From positions 16,149-80,148 of IMG/VR virus record IMGVR_UViG_2974555739_000001: a stretch of DNA of 64,000 nt; one strand, given 5' to 3'. The DNA is from a virus. Lineage: Duplodnaviria > Caudoviricetes. Each line of letters begins with the position of its first letter. The first letter of the stretch is position 1. Shown here piece after piece: positions 1 through 9,452 of the stretch. The notes under the pieces were generated by a model. That model ran no database searches and was not told the origin of the DNA. It worked only from the letters and a program-made list of their open reading frames with translations. The position numbers and the translations under genes were made by a program.

Positions 1-644
1 AATTATCGTTCAGCATGGAATGTCATTATAACCATTCTGAAGTTGCTGAAGGTGGAGTTAGAGCATTAAAAGGAGTTAAGTTTATTGGAAGTGCCGTGGT
101 TGATGATCCAGCAAATCCGTTTTCTTTCTCTTTAGAAGTTGCAAGCAAAAAGAATTTAGGAGGTATTGGCATGACTTTAGAAGAAGCCCTACAAAAAATT
201 GGTCAAATGGAAGCAGCTGCTAAAACTCAAGCTGAAGAATTAAAGAAAGCTGTAGCTGATGTTGAATTAGCTCAAAAAACAAATAAGGAATTAGAAAGCG
301 CTAAGAAAACTCTTTCTGAAACTTTAGAAACTGCTAATAAAAATCTTGAAGCTGCTACTGAACAAGTAAAAGCATTTGAGACTGAAAAAGCAGAAAAAGA
401 AAAAGCTGAATTAGCTGAAAAACGTTTTGCTGAAATGGCTCAATTCGTTAAATTCGAAGAAGCTGAAATTGCTGCTAAAAAAGAAGGTTTCGCTGGTATG
501 TCTGAAGATGTTTATGCTTTAGTTTTAGATACTGCTAAACGTTCTCAACCAGCTCAAGGTTCTGAATTTGCTGGTGTAACATCAGACACTAAAATTGATC
601 TGTCAGGTTCTAAAGGTTTCCTTGACGGAATCGAAAACGACTAA
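1..644 (+). CDS. Prohead protease/scaffold, 5'-truncated (frame is open from the window start); C-terminal part is a coiled-coil scaffold
   Basis: Frame reads LSFSMEC...GSAVVDDPA, a protease-like motif, followed by an A/E/K-rich coiled coil; lies directly upstream of head genes. Internal AGGAGG (158-163) plus in-frame ATG at 171. Confidence 0.7.
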   Translation, partial: LSFSMECHYNHSEVAEGGVRALKGVKFIGSAVVDDPANPFSFSLEVASKKNLGGIGMTLEEALQKIGQMEAAAKTQAEELKKAVADVELAQKTNKELESAKKTLSETLETANKNLEAATEQVKAFETEKAEKEKAELAEKRFAEMAQFVKFEEAEIAAKKEGFAGMSEDVYALVLDTAKRSQPAQGSEFAGVTSDTKIDLSGSKGFLDGIEND

Positions 645-662
645 TCAGGAGGTTAAAAAATT

Positions 663-1076
663 ATGGCTACAAATAAAGTTTCTTTTTACTACCGTAAAGA
701 TTTAAACGTAACTAAACACGGTGAATATAAAGCCGCTGCTGATATGCCATTCGGTACAGCTGTCAAACGTAATGACGTAACAATGGAAGCTGAAGTTGCT
801 GCTAATAGTGCTGAATTTGAAGGTGTTGCTGATAAAGTAATCTTCAATGTACAAGGTGCTGACGATCTTACTATTAAAAAAGGCGAACGTCACCGTGTAG
901 GTGTTGGTAAAGATTATGAAATCGTTTTAATGAAAGATAAACTTGGATCAACTGTTGCTGTCGGTGATGCTATCGAAGTAAAAGCTGGTAAATTCCAAAA
1001 GAAAACAACTGATACTGCTGTAGGTAAAGTAGTAGCTATTTTCCCAAATGGCGAAACTGTACTTCGCATTAACTAA
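663..1076 (+). CDS. Head decoration/cement protein
   Basis: 137 aa between scaffold and major capsid gene; strong RBS; position and size like lambda gpD-type genes. Confidence 0.6.
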   Translation: MATNKVSFYYRKDLNVTKHGEYKAAADMPFGTAVKRNDVTMEAEVAANSAEFEGVADKVIFNVQGADDLTIKKGERHRVGVGKDYEIVLMKDKLGSTVAVGDAIEVKAGKFQKKTTDTAVGKVVAIFPNGETVLRIN

Positions 1077-1093
1077 TAGGAGGTTAACAAGAT

Positions 1094-2032
1094 ATGCCAT
1101 CATATACTAAAGCTCAACGCGATAAATTTATTGAACAAGTTCGTAAATACGCTAATGCAACACGTTTAGATGAAGCTGGTAAAAAGCTCGAAAAGCGTAT
1201 TGCTGCAATGGCTAAAACACCTCAAGGTATGAATGAGTTAGCTCAACTTATCACTGAAAACCTTGAAGAAGAAATGCAAGCATATGATTTACGTCCTTTA
1301 CTATTCGACACAAAACCACGTAAACTTTTAGAAGTGGTTGAATACAAACGTAAAGGTAAATTCCGTGCTTACCGTACAACTCGTGGCGGTTACGTTCCTA
1401 AGTCTCAAGTATTCCAGGACGTTGTAAAAGCGCAACCTGAAGAGTTTTCAGTTCGTCCAGCTTGTCACTTACTTCAATTAGAAACAGGCCGTATTTCAGC
1501 TGTTAACGATCTTATCACTGGTGCTCAAGAAGCATTACTTACTGAATATGCTCGTTATTTCTACGCTACACTTGAAGCTGTAAATGCTGGTGATTCTACT
1601 GGAAAGCTTAAAGCTCAAGTAACAGGTGAAGTTGATAAAACAACTTTAGATAAAATGTTACATGCTGCTTCTGCAAAAGGTGGACAAGTATCTATCGTAG
1701 GTACTCACACTTCATTAGCTCCAATTCTTGATTTCGAAGGATTCACTGATACTCAAAAAGATGAAATCATGCGTACAGGTAACTTAGGTGTTTATCGTGG
1801 TGCTCGTCTAGTTAAACTAGAAGAATTCCTTGATGCTGATGATTTAGAAGTAATCAAACACGATACTATCTTTATCGTTACTCGTAAAGCTGGATATGTT
1901 GATGATTTCGGTGCTATTCGTTCTCGTGAAATCATTGATCCTGAACATGACGAATTCTCAATCTTAATGCGTAAAGAGTGGGGCTTCACTGTATTATATC
2001 CTGAATATGTTCGAATGATTAAGATTGTCTAA
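1094..2032 (+). CDS. Major capsid protein (HK97 fold inferred)
   Basis: 312 aa, strongly biased codon usage, AGGAGG RBS, position after protease and decoration genes. Confidence 0.8.
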   Translation: MPSYTKAQRDKFIEQVRKYANATRLDEAGKKLEKRIAAMAKTPQGMNELAQLITENLEEEMQAYDLRPLLFDTKPRKLLEVVEYKRKGKFRAYRTTRGGYVPKSQVFQDVVKAQPEEFSVRPACHLLQLETGRISAVNDLITGAQEALLTEYARYFYATLEAVNAGDSTGKLKAQVTGEVDKTTLDKMLHAASAKGGQVSIVGTHTSLAPILDFEGFTDTQKDEIMRTGNLGVYRGARLVKLEEFLDADDLEVIKHDTIFIVTRKAGYVDDFGAIRSREIIDPEHDEFSILMRKEWGFTVLYPEYVRMIKIV

Positions 2033-2042
2033 TAAAATAATT

Positions 2043-2063
2043 GGAGGGGTTTATCCCCTTCTT
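2043..2063 (+). terminator. Intragenic-operon terminator-like hairpin after the capsid gene
   Basis: GGAGGGG-TTTAT-CCCCTTC stem followed by T-rich bases. Confidence 0.55.
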
Positions 2064-2085
2064 ATCTTTAAAGGAGTGGAATGGA

Positions 2086-2478
2086 ATGGCTGAAAACAAA
2101 GAAATCGTTTTAATCAATAATTCTGGTCAACTTTTTACAATTAACTTTATGGGTGCTTTCCCTATTAACAAGTGGGCTAATCCAGGTGGTAAATATTATT
2201 TATCTGAAAAAGAATATGATTTCGTTAAAGCGAATTACTCTCATATTCTAGGTAAGCAGCTTGTACACGAAGGTGAAGAAGGCGAAACCTATAACCAAAT
2301 TGATGAAGTTTCTGCTGATGCATTTTTCACTATGCACCATACGAAACAAAAAGCAGCGATTAAAGAAATGTCTGATGAAAAACTTCAGGAACTACTTGGT
2401 TACGCTGACTTAAATGAAATCAATAAGAAAATTGTGAAAGAGATTGAAGAACAGTATCTACAGAACGAAGGTGAATGA
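2086..2478 (+). CDS. Head-associated hypothetical protein
   Basis: ORF track 2041..2478; AAGGAG RBS supports ATG at 2086. Confidence 0.55.
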   Translation: MAENKEIVLINNSGQLFTINFMGAFPINKWANPGGKYYLSEKEYDFVKANYSHILGKQLVHEGEEGETYNQIDEVSADAFFTMHHTKQKAAIKEMSDEKLQELLGYADLNEINKKIVKEIEEQYLQNEGE

Positions 2479-2834
2479 CAATGATCGACTTCGAGACGTT
2501 GATCCCTAAACTTCGTACACGAATTGATGATTTAGATACCGCTGATTTTGAATACAATGATGGAGAACTAACCGATCATCTGCAAAATTCACTTGATAAA
2601 TATAATATGCAATTGCCATTGGATAAACCTTCAGATGGTCAATTAATCATCGTTGAGACAATGATTGCAATTGTGACTGCTTTAAAAATGTGGGCTGATG
2701 GAGAAAGTTATTCTTACAAAAATGATGCTGTTCAAATGACACGCGGATTGATGTCTAAACATTACCTGGATACACTGAAACAACTTCGTATCGAAAGAAA
2801 CGATATCTTGGAAGGGAATGGAGGGGTTTACTAA
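2475..2834 (+). CDS. Head-tail connector/adaptor-like protein
   Basis: 119 aa helical protein after the capsid genes (LRTRIDD...LTDHLQ pattern); call is mostly positional. Confidence 0.55.
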   Translation: MTMIDFETLIPKLRTRIDDLDTADFEYNDGELTDHLQNSLDKYNMQLPLDKPSDGQLIIVETMIAIVTALKMWADGESYSYKNDAVQMTRGLMSKHYLDTLKQLRIERNDILEGNGGVY

Positions 2835-3004
2835 TGCGTAAAGACGAAAAAGAAATCGTTAATGCATATTTATGGAAATCCCACGTTTTAATTTTAGATT
2901 TAGTTGACTTAGTTGAAGATGATAAACTTCGACAAAAGATTAAAACTAAGGTTTTAGATGTGGCCCATGAAACACAAGAATATTTAAAAAATGATGAAAA
3001 GTGA
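2834..3004 (+). CDS. 56-aa hypothetical protein (MRKDEKEIVNAYLW...), below the ORF-track cutoff
   Basis: Manual translation; ATG overlaps the upstream TAA; GGAGGGG RBS; fills the intergenic gap. Confidence 0.65.
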   Translation: MRKDEKEIVNAYLWKSHVLILDLVDLVEDDKLRQKIKTKVLDVAHETQEYLKNDEK

Positions 3005-3015
3005 GGTTTTAAATT

Positions 3016-3522
3016 ATGCCATTCACAGGTAAAGAAGAAATTTATAATGGTTATAACCGAAAATTATATTTCACAGATGGTACGCCAAACGCGAAACCAA
3101 CTGATACAAGTCCTACTTACACTTGGACAGAATTAGGTTATGATGACTCTTTTTCTTTCAATGAGAACGAAAACGAAGCTCAAAAATACAACAAGCGCGA
3201 AAAATCTCATAAGAAAAAAGGCCGTCAAGAATACACATTCGATATCTCTCAACTTTACAGCGGTGTTGAATATTCTATCTTCATGTTCAAAGGTAAAACA
3301 GGAACATTGAAACAAGTAACTGAAAATGATGCTGGTGATATCGTAGAAGTTAACTACTTCCACAATGCTGACATTAACTCTCCACAGTTTTCAGGTGGCG
3401 GCGATGATGGTGATGATTCTGTATCAGCTTCAGGTTCTTACTCTAAACGTTTCTTATACGACGGACAAGCAGCAGGTTCTACTTTACTGTTCGCTACTGA
3501 TGGAAGTCACGAGACTCCCTAA
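3016..3522 (+). CDS. Major tail (tube) protein
   Basis: 168 aa, beta-rich and acidic, highly biased codons, followed by a terminator; ends in CCC-TAA. Confidence 0.7.
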   Translation: MPFTGKEEIYNGYNRKLYFTDGTPNAKPTDTSPTYTWTELGYDDSFSFNENENEAQKYNKREKSHKKKGRQEYTFDISQLYSGVEYSIFMFKGKTGTLKQVTENDAGDIVEVNYFHNADINSPQFSGGGDDGDDSVSASGSYSKRFLYDGQAAGSTLLFATDGSHETP

Positions 3523-3579
3523 TTCGGCCCTTGATTTGGGGGGCTTATCGTATTAGATCGTTTAGGTACGATATAGTTG

Positions 3580-3616
3580 AAAAGAGCACATCTATTAAGT
3601 TAGGTGTGCTTTTATT
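3580..3616 (+). terminator. Rho-independent terminator
   Basis: AAAGAGCACATCTA...TAGGTGTGCTTT stem plus T-rich tail. Confidence 0.7.
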
Positions 3617-3653
3617 TGTATCGTGTGAGTTTTCGTCGGATAGGCCATTTGTA

Positions 3654-3686
3654 AGAGAAAAAACATTTCATTCAAGATATTAATAA
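3654..3686 (+). promoter_or_regulatory. Putative phage late promoter, copy 1
   Basis: GAGAAAAAACAT-N9-GATATTAATAAC, nearly identical to 7588-7620. Confidence 0.6.
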
Positions 3687-3716
3687 CAATGTAACATTAA
3701 TTAAGGAGGTTAAAGC

Positions 3717-4235
3717 ATGACTTCATATTTATATGATGATGGTAATGGTCTTCGCACATCTGCTCGTGTCGAACCAACAACAGGGAAACCAATTACAGAC
3801 GTTTCTAACATGGTTAAAACTAAAAGTGGTTTATGGATACCACAAACAGGTACAGAAGATGGTGCTGCAAACGTTCAAGTAGCAGGATCAGACATTATGA
3901 TGCCAACACATTTACAACGTCAATTAACTCCACAAGATAAAGTAGCGACTGCTTTTTCTGTAGGTGCTGGATCGACTCAAACTGTATTTGTTGCTGATTT
4001 TGATGGTTTTGCTAATTTTGGCGTTATGTCTGTTCCTACCGCTTCTCACGATTATAACCTTTCTGTTTTCTGTAGTCCTGATGGAAATACATTAGTTGAA
4101 AGAAATATGAAGAGTGGTACAGGGTGGGGCAAATCATTAACAGGTGCTTCAGTAGGAGCGTTCGTTATGATCCAAATTACCAACAATAGCGGTTCTGCTG
4201 CAAATTATGATATTTGGTTAAGAAAATTTAATTAA
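3717..4235 (+). CDS. Minor structural/tail accessory protein
   Basis: 172 aa, beta-rich C-terminus, in the tail region; strong RBS. Confidence 0.5.
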   Translation: MTSYLYDDGNGLRTSARVEPTTGKPITDVSNMVKTKSGLWIPQTGTEDGAANVQVAGSDIMMPTHLQRQLTPQDKVATAFSVGAGSTQTVFVADFDGFANFGVMSVPTASHDYNLSVFCSPDGNTLVERNMKSGTGWGKSLTGASVGAFVMIQITNNSGSAANYDIWLRKFN

Positions 4236-4250
4236 TAAGGAGGTAAAAAG

Positions 4251-4682
4251 ATGACTACTTTTATTGAAGCGATGCCAAAAGAAATGAGCATGTTCGATGG
4301 TGAAATTTTCCCTTTAATTCCTGGTGGAGAAAATAACGGTATTTATTTGGATGGTTACACTAGGGTAGAATGGTTCAAAAATGTATTCCCTGACATCGCT
4401 AATGCTGAATTACCATTAACACGAGAAATTTACGATCAATTAAAAGCTATCGGTGAAGTTTGGTTGATGAATGCAGCTCAATGGAGAAAGAATGATATTA
4501 TTCAAGTTGAGGGTTTGACAGCTGAAGATAAATTGGATGATGAGGAAGTTTTGTTAGATATAATGAACCAACAACGAAACCCTAATCCTGAAGAAACTGA
4601 AGAACCTCCTGTAACTGAAGAAACGCCGCCAAATAACGAAGAACAACCAAAAGAAGAGGAAACACCAACTGAAGAGGTGTAA
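4251..4682 (+). CDS. Hypothetical protein with acidic P/E-rich C-terminus
   Basis: ORF with strong AGGAGG RBS. Confidence 0.5.
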   Translation: MTTFIEAMPKEMSMFDGEIFPLIPGGENNGIYLDGYTRVEWFKNVFPDIANAELPLTREIYDQLKAIGEVWLMNAAQWRKNDIIQVEGLTAEDKLDDEEVLLDIMNQQRNPNPEETEEPPVTEETPPNNEEQPKEEETPTEEV

Positions 4683-4711
4683 CAACCTCTTCCCTTTAAA
4701 GGAGGGTAAAC

Positions 4712-7360
4712 ATGAAGAAGATCGATAACTTGTTCGATATAAATGATGGAGATTGGAATAATGGTTCAGCTGATGGGAATTGGAGTTACTTTGTGGATAG
4801 TGGAAGGATTAGGAAGAACAAGCGTGTTCCTGTTAAACCAAACACACAATATACATTAAAGTGTGCTCCTGGATACCAAATTTACATCAGACAATTCGCT
4901 AGTGAATCAGGTTTCGAAATTGGCGCTTCTACCTGGAGGGATAGTGGTTATACTTTCAAAACTGAATCAACAACTACATTAGTCGGTGTTATTGTCAGAA
5001 GATCAAGTAACAGTTCTATTAACTTAGTTGAATTAAGTGCAGCTAATCCGATAATGGTTGAAGGTGCTTTCGAGTCTTATTCTTTGAAAGAAACAAATAA
5101 CTTCGCTGCAACTTTATTTCAAAAAAACCTTTTGATTATCGAACCTAGATTATGGCCTAAAGGTGTTAGGCAACAAAATCAATCAATACAAGTTGGAGAT
5201 TACCGTATTACATATGACGGTACTTTTCCAAAAGTAGAAGAAAACAAACTTTATCGTTTGGAAATGAACGCTAATTATAAAGCTGGTGTTTTTGTTTTTG
5301 ATAAGAATAATGTTTGTCTTTTGGATACAGGATGGAAATATGGTTCTTTTGATTTCGCTATTCCTGCTGGTGGAGTAAAAATTGCTATAAATTTTGCTAT
5401 GAGTAATGATGGTGCTATTGATCCGAACAGAATTCTCCAAAGTGGTTTAAGTGTTTTCAAAAAGACTCCTGAAAAAAACAAACCAGCTAAAATGTATAGA
5501 GGTAAAAATTTCTTGACATTCCCTGATGGTGAATGGACTAGAAGACCAGGAACATTAAACACAACGTTCACTAAAAGTCGTTTAGAATGGGATAATTTCC
5601 AAGATTACGCCGGTGTACAAATCCTTTTAGAAGATGCTTTATTGCAAGGCAAAACTGTAACATTCGGTGGTAAGCGTCATCCTGATGCTACTATTATTTT
5701 ATTTTATAAGAAACCTGATGGTACTAATGCTTACATCGGTCTTGGAACAGGGGAAATGGAAAGGACATTATTTATTCCTTATGGAGCTTCAGAATGTCGT
5801 TTTTACGTTCAAAATGCAAACGGAATAAGAACTAAGTTATGGGCTGAAGATTTGTACTTGAATATCGATTCTGACAAAATTTACACTCCTTCTAAAGCTC
5901 AAAACAAAACAGCTTTACTGTTTCCTAAGAAAAATTTAATTCCTGATTTTAATGATCCAGGATGGTTCAATGATTCTTCTGTTGGTAGTGGCCCTTTGAC
6001 TGTTGATCCGGAAAATCCTTATAAAGCTAAATTGAAAGTTAACCTTAGTGCTCAAGGTAAATTAATTTGGATACCTGTAGAACACGGAAAAACTTACACT
6101 TTCTCTTTTAAAAATATTACAGGTCTTTATCGAATCTACAAACGAAAAGTCATTAACCATGATAATAATTTAGCTTTAGCTCAAAGTGCAAGTGTTGGCG
6201 CTCCTACAACATACTCTTTTACTGTTGATGCTGATTATCAAGGTTACATTTCTATCAGATTAACTCAATCCGTCGCTGGAGAATACACTTTTGAAAATTT
6301 GCAATTAGAAGAAGGTATTTCATCGACGAATTTCGAACCTTTAAAGTATGGCCCTAAAAAGCCTGTCAGACCTATCGCTAATATGATTGATTTCAAATCC
6401 TTAACACCTGGATATTTTGTTAGTGATGCTAACGGTTTAAATACAGGTTCGGGTGCTGGATTAGCCGCTACTGATTATATGGATTTTGTAGAAGGAAAGA
6501 AATATGTAGTTGAAAACATGCCTAATACTTTCCCACTCGTCTTGCGTTTTGCTTATTATGACAAAAACAAAACTTTCATAAGTGGAACGAGTCACTATAG
6601 CGGTGTAAACGCTCCAAAGACATTGACAGCACCAACAGGAGCGCGGTATATGAGAACCGCTGTTCATCCTTTAGATTACAGCACAGCGCGTATTTATTGC
6701 ATAGAAGATAATACGAAAGACACTCTAGGACTTGTTAGAGCACCTTATCAAGATATACCTATCGTCACTTCACGTAATGTTCCAGTAGCGAAAGATGGTA
6801 AGATATTCGCTATAAATCAACCTGTAATTGTAGATGGTGGGATTAGAGTTTCTGAAATAGGAAAAGAAAGTCACGTAACTAAACCTATAGGTGTTATAGA
6901 TAATGTTTCAGGCTCTTTGGAATTCACTTACATTCCTGATAACGAACAATCCTATTACAAAACTAACACTGTAAATAGAACTTACTTTAGTACGAATACA
7001 GGTCAGAATTTCCGTGTGTGGAGTTGGGGTGGTGGAGCTAACCATATTATCAACTTCGATTTCAGATCAGATGTTAGGGTTTTCTTTGATTTTGGAACTG
7101 ATTTAACGAAGTTAGAAAAAGGTGTGCCAATAAAATTCAGGATTGAATGGAGTCCTACGCAATTCAAACTTTACGTCAATGATGCTTTGAGATTAACAAA
7201 AGATATAAGTACCGCTTCGAATGGAAACACCTTCAATGGGCAAGTGCTTACTTCTCCTTTGTATATCGGTACTAATATAACAGAAACGAATGCTATGACA
7301 GGTATTTATAAAAACATCACAATCAAAGACAGAAACGGAAATGTCACACTAAAATTTTAA
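4712..7360 (+). CDS. Multi-domain carbohydrate-binding tail/receptor-binding protein
   Basis: About five repeated modules starting (K/A/D)N(L/F/M) with V.V(K/E).(N/G)..Y motifs, resembling CBM jelly-rolls; C-terminal LamG/ConA-like segment. Confidence 0.6.
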   Translation: MKKIDNLFDINDGDWNNGSADGNWSYFVDSGRIRKNKRVPVKPNTQYTLKCAPGYQIYIRQFASESGFEIGASTWRDSGYTFKTESTTTLVGVIVRRSSNSSINLVELSAANPIMVEGAFESYSLKETNNFAATLFQKNLLIIEPRLWPKGVRQQNQSIQVGDYRITYDGTFPKVEENKLYRLEMNANYKAGVFVFDKNNVCLLDTGWKYGSFDFAIPAGGVKIAINFAMSNDGAIDPNRILQSGLSVFKKTPEKNKPAKMYRGKNFLTFPDGEWTRRPGTLNTTFTKSRLEWDNFQDYAGVQILLEDALLQGKTVTFGGKRHPDATIILFYKKPDGTNAYIGLGTGEMERTLFIPYGASECRFYVQNANGIRTKLWAEDLYLNIDSDKIYTPSKAQNKTALLFPKKNLIPDFNDPGWFNDSSVGSGPLTVDPENPYKAKLKVNLSAQGKLIWIPVEHGKTYTFSFKNITGLYRIYKRKVINHDNNLALAQSASVGAPTTYSFTVDADYQGYISIRLTQSVAGEYTFENLQLEEGISSTNFEPLKYGPKKPVRPIANMIDFKSLTPGYFVSDANGLNTGSGAGLAATDYMDFVEGKKYVVENMPNTFPLVLRFAYYDKNKTFISGTSHYSGVNAPKTLTAPTGARYMRTAVHPLDYSTARIYCIEDNTKDTLGLVRAPYQDIPIVTSRNVPVAKDGKIFAINQPVIVDGGIRVSEIGKESHVTKPIGVIDNVSGSLEFTYIPDNEQSYYKTNTVNRTYFSTNTGQNFRVWSWGGGANHIINFDFRSDVRVFFDFGTDLTKLEKGVPIKFRIEWSPTQFKLYVNDALRLTKDISTASNGNTFNGQVLTSPLYIGTNITETNAMTGIYKNITIKDRNGNVTLKF

Positions 7361-7373
7361 ATGAGGTGTTAAA

Positions 7374-7556
7374 ATGGATATTATTGTATATTTAAACGAT
7401 GGAACAAATTTTGAAGTGCGTATTGAGGACTATGATCCGATGGCAATTGCTGAACAATTGAATGATGCAACTAAATCTATGATCGTATTTGGTTATTATG
7501 TTGTTCAACGATATTCTGTTGTCAAAGTAATGCCAAAACCACCAGCAGCAGAATAA
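7374..7556 (+). CDS. Small tail-associated hypothetical protein (60 aa)
   Basis: ORF with GAGGTG RBS, followed by a terminator. Confidence 0.6.
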   Translation: MDIIVYLNDGTNFEVRIEDYDPMAIAEQLNDATKSMIVFGYYVVQRYSVVKVMPKPPAAE

Positions 7557-7584
7557 GGAGGGGCTAATGCTCCTTCTTTTTTTT
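7554..7584 (+). terminator. Rho-independent terminator
   Basis: AAGGAGGGGC-TAAT-GCTCCTT stem followed by a long T run. Confidence 0.75.
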
Positions 7585-7587
7585 GTG

Positions 7588-7620
7588 GAGAAAAAACATG
7601 CGAAAAATGATATTTATAAC
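7588..7620 (+). promoter_or_regulatory. Putative phage late promoter, copy 2
   Basis: GAGAAAAAACAT-N9-GATATTTATAAC directly after a terminator. Confidence 0.6.
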
Positions 7621-7649
7621 TATAGACAGGTCATAAAAGGAGGTACAAA

Positions 7650-9431
7650 ATGAGTGTAATTAAAAGTTATCAGATAAATCTTGATATATCAAAAGATATT
7701 AAGAACAATCACTTTTCATTTAATCAAAATGATACGAACACCGCGAAGATTACAGTTAACTTGACTAACAATAAAATTCCAGTTTCACTCACCGGATCAA
7801 CAGTACGTTTTGCGTTTTTAAAAGCTGATGGAAAAAGAGTTTATCAAAACGCGACGATTGTTAATCCAACAGGCGGTATCGTTGAAGTAATGTTAAACTC
7901 ACAAGTTCTAGCCGTACCGAAAAGAGTCAAAGCAGAAGTAGAACTTTATTTCGATGGCACACAACAAAGCGCTGTAACAAGACCGTTTGAATTTACTGTT
8001 GAACGATCTATCTTGAGTACAGAAGCTATTCAAAGTTCTAGTGATTTCCCCATTATACAAGAATTAAAAAATAAGTTAGAAAAGGTTAATGATGTCAATT
8101 TAGACACGTTGGTTAGTGTCGATTCTTTATCTAAACGAAACAAGAATATAATTAGCTTAATGGAATATGAAAATCTTAAAGTGTCTGTATCAGGCGGTTA
8201 TGATTGGAGTCCGGTATTCAATAAAGCTATCAATGAAGCGGCGAAAGTTTACGGAATAGTAGTTGCTCCTTTAGGAAATTTTGATTTTTATAACCCTATA
8301 TCATTTCCACCAACAACATCATTTTGCGGAGCGGGGGAAAGTCCGACAGGTACAGTTTTGAATTACAAAGGAAATACAGGTGTTTGGGCCATTAAAACAT
8401 CAGGTACACACCAAAGAAATAAACTAAGTGGTTTTAGACTTGAGTTAAATGGAAAGGCAAACGGTATTTTGTTAGGTGATTTTTACGCTAATTTACCAGA
8501 TAATTCCATACCTCTTGACTTCGATTTGAACACGATTTCAGTATCAGGTATCGGTTCTTCTTATACAGGAATCACTACAGTCAATGCATCTCATTATACC
8601 TTCCATAAAGTTCGTACTGGATACGGAAATTCAACAGGTAGAGGTGTTTGGATTACAGCAGACGGATACAATAGTGGAGTTGCTATTTTTACAGATTGTA
8701 CTTTCGGAAGAGTTGATGCAACAGCGATAGGATTAGAAGTTAGTGGGACGGTCAATATGGATACATTCGAATTTAATGGAGGTTGTTATTACGGCGGTAA
8801 AACACCTATCAAATTAGGGAGCAACAACGGAAATTTTGTTCGTAACATCCGTCTATATGGTCATGCAGAAGCAAGAAATGTTGGACAGACAGTAAATGTA
8901 GTTGAACTTTGTAATGTTCTTGGTGGAGAAATGACTCTAACTTATTCGGGATTCAGTGAACCGAACGTAAATGCTGTTTCTTTCAAAGGGAGTGTTGAAC
9001 GTTTCAACATTTTAAGTGGAGAAGCTAACGCGATTAAAGGGACGATTTTTAAGGATGACGGAGCTACATTGATTGAAGATTGTTTGTTGCAACCACCTAG
9101 ATTAACAAATGGTTCTGATTCAGCTGTTATTTTTTCTGCTGGTTTCAGTGATAAAAATTTTAAATTTTCTACTAGAAGATTCATTACCGAAAACATTAAC
9201 ACGAAATACCTCTATAATATTGATGGTATTAACCGTATTAGTTGGGGAACTCAAAACCCAATGTTAGAAAGTACATTCCAGGGGAATAGGGGGGATTATA
9301 GACACAATACATTACCTACAGAATTAGGGGCGACTGGAAGTAAATATGTGGTAAATGGGTGGAAGTGTATTTCATCCGGAACAGGCACTAATGCAAAATG
9401 GGTAGAAGATAGAGGTTTAACAGGAAATTAA
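7650..9431 (+). CDS. Tail spike/depolymerase: BppU-like (DUF2479) N-terminus plus pectate-lyase-like beta-helix
   Basis: N-terminal F.QND.NTA.I.V.L...FLKADG pattern; central G/N/I-rich beta-helix after a YDWS..FNKAI motif; C-terminal GWKCISSGT..W motif. Confidence 0.7.
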   Translation: MSVIKSYQINLDISKDIKNNHFSFNQNDTNTAKITVNLTNNKIPVSLTGSTVRFAFLKADGKRVYQNATIVNPTGGIVEVMLNSQVLAVPKRVKAEVELYFDGTQQSAVTRPFEFTVERSILSTEAIQSSSDFPIIQELKNKLEKVNDVNLDTLVSVDSLSKRNKNIISLMEYENLKVSVSGGYDWSPVFNKAINEAAKVYGIVVAPLGNFDFYNPISFPPTTSFCGAGESPTGTVLNYKGNTGVWAIKTSGTHQRNKLSGFRLELNGKANGILLGDFYANLPDNSIPLDFDLNTISVSGIGSSYTGITTVNASHYTFHKVRTGYGNSTGRGVWITADGYNSGVAIFTDCTFGRVDATAIGLEVSGTVNMDTFEFNGGCYYGGKTPIKLGSNNGNFVRNIRLYGHAEARNVGQTVNVVELCNVLGGEMTLTYSGFSEPNVNAVSFKGSVERFNILSGEANAIKGTIFKDDGATLIEDCLLQPPRLTNGSDSAVIFSAGFSDKNFKFSTRRFITENINTKYLYNIDGINRISWGTQNPMLESTFQGNRGDYRHNTLPTELGATGSKYVVNGWKCISSGTGTNAKWVEDRGLTGN

Positions 9432-9452
9432 AAAAAGAAGGGTTGGATAGGT

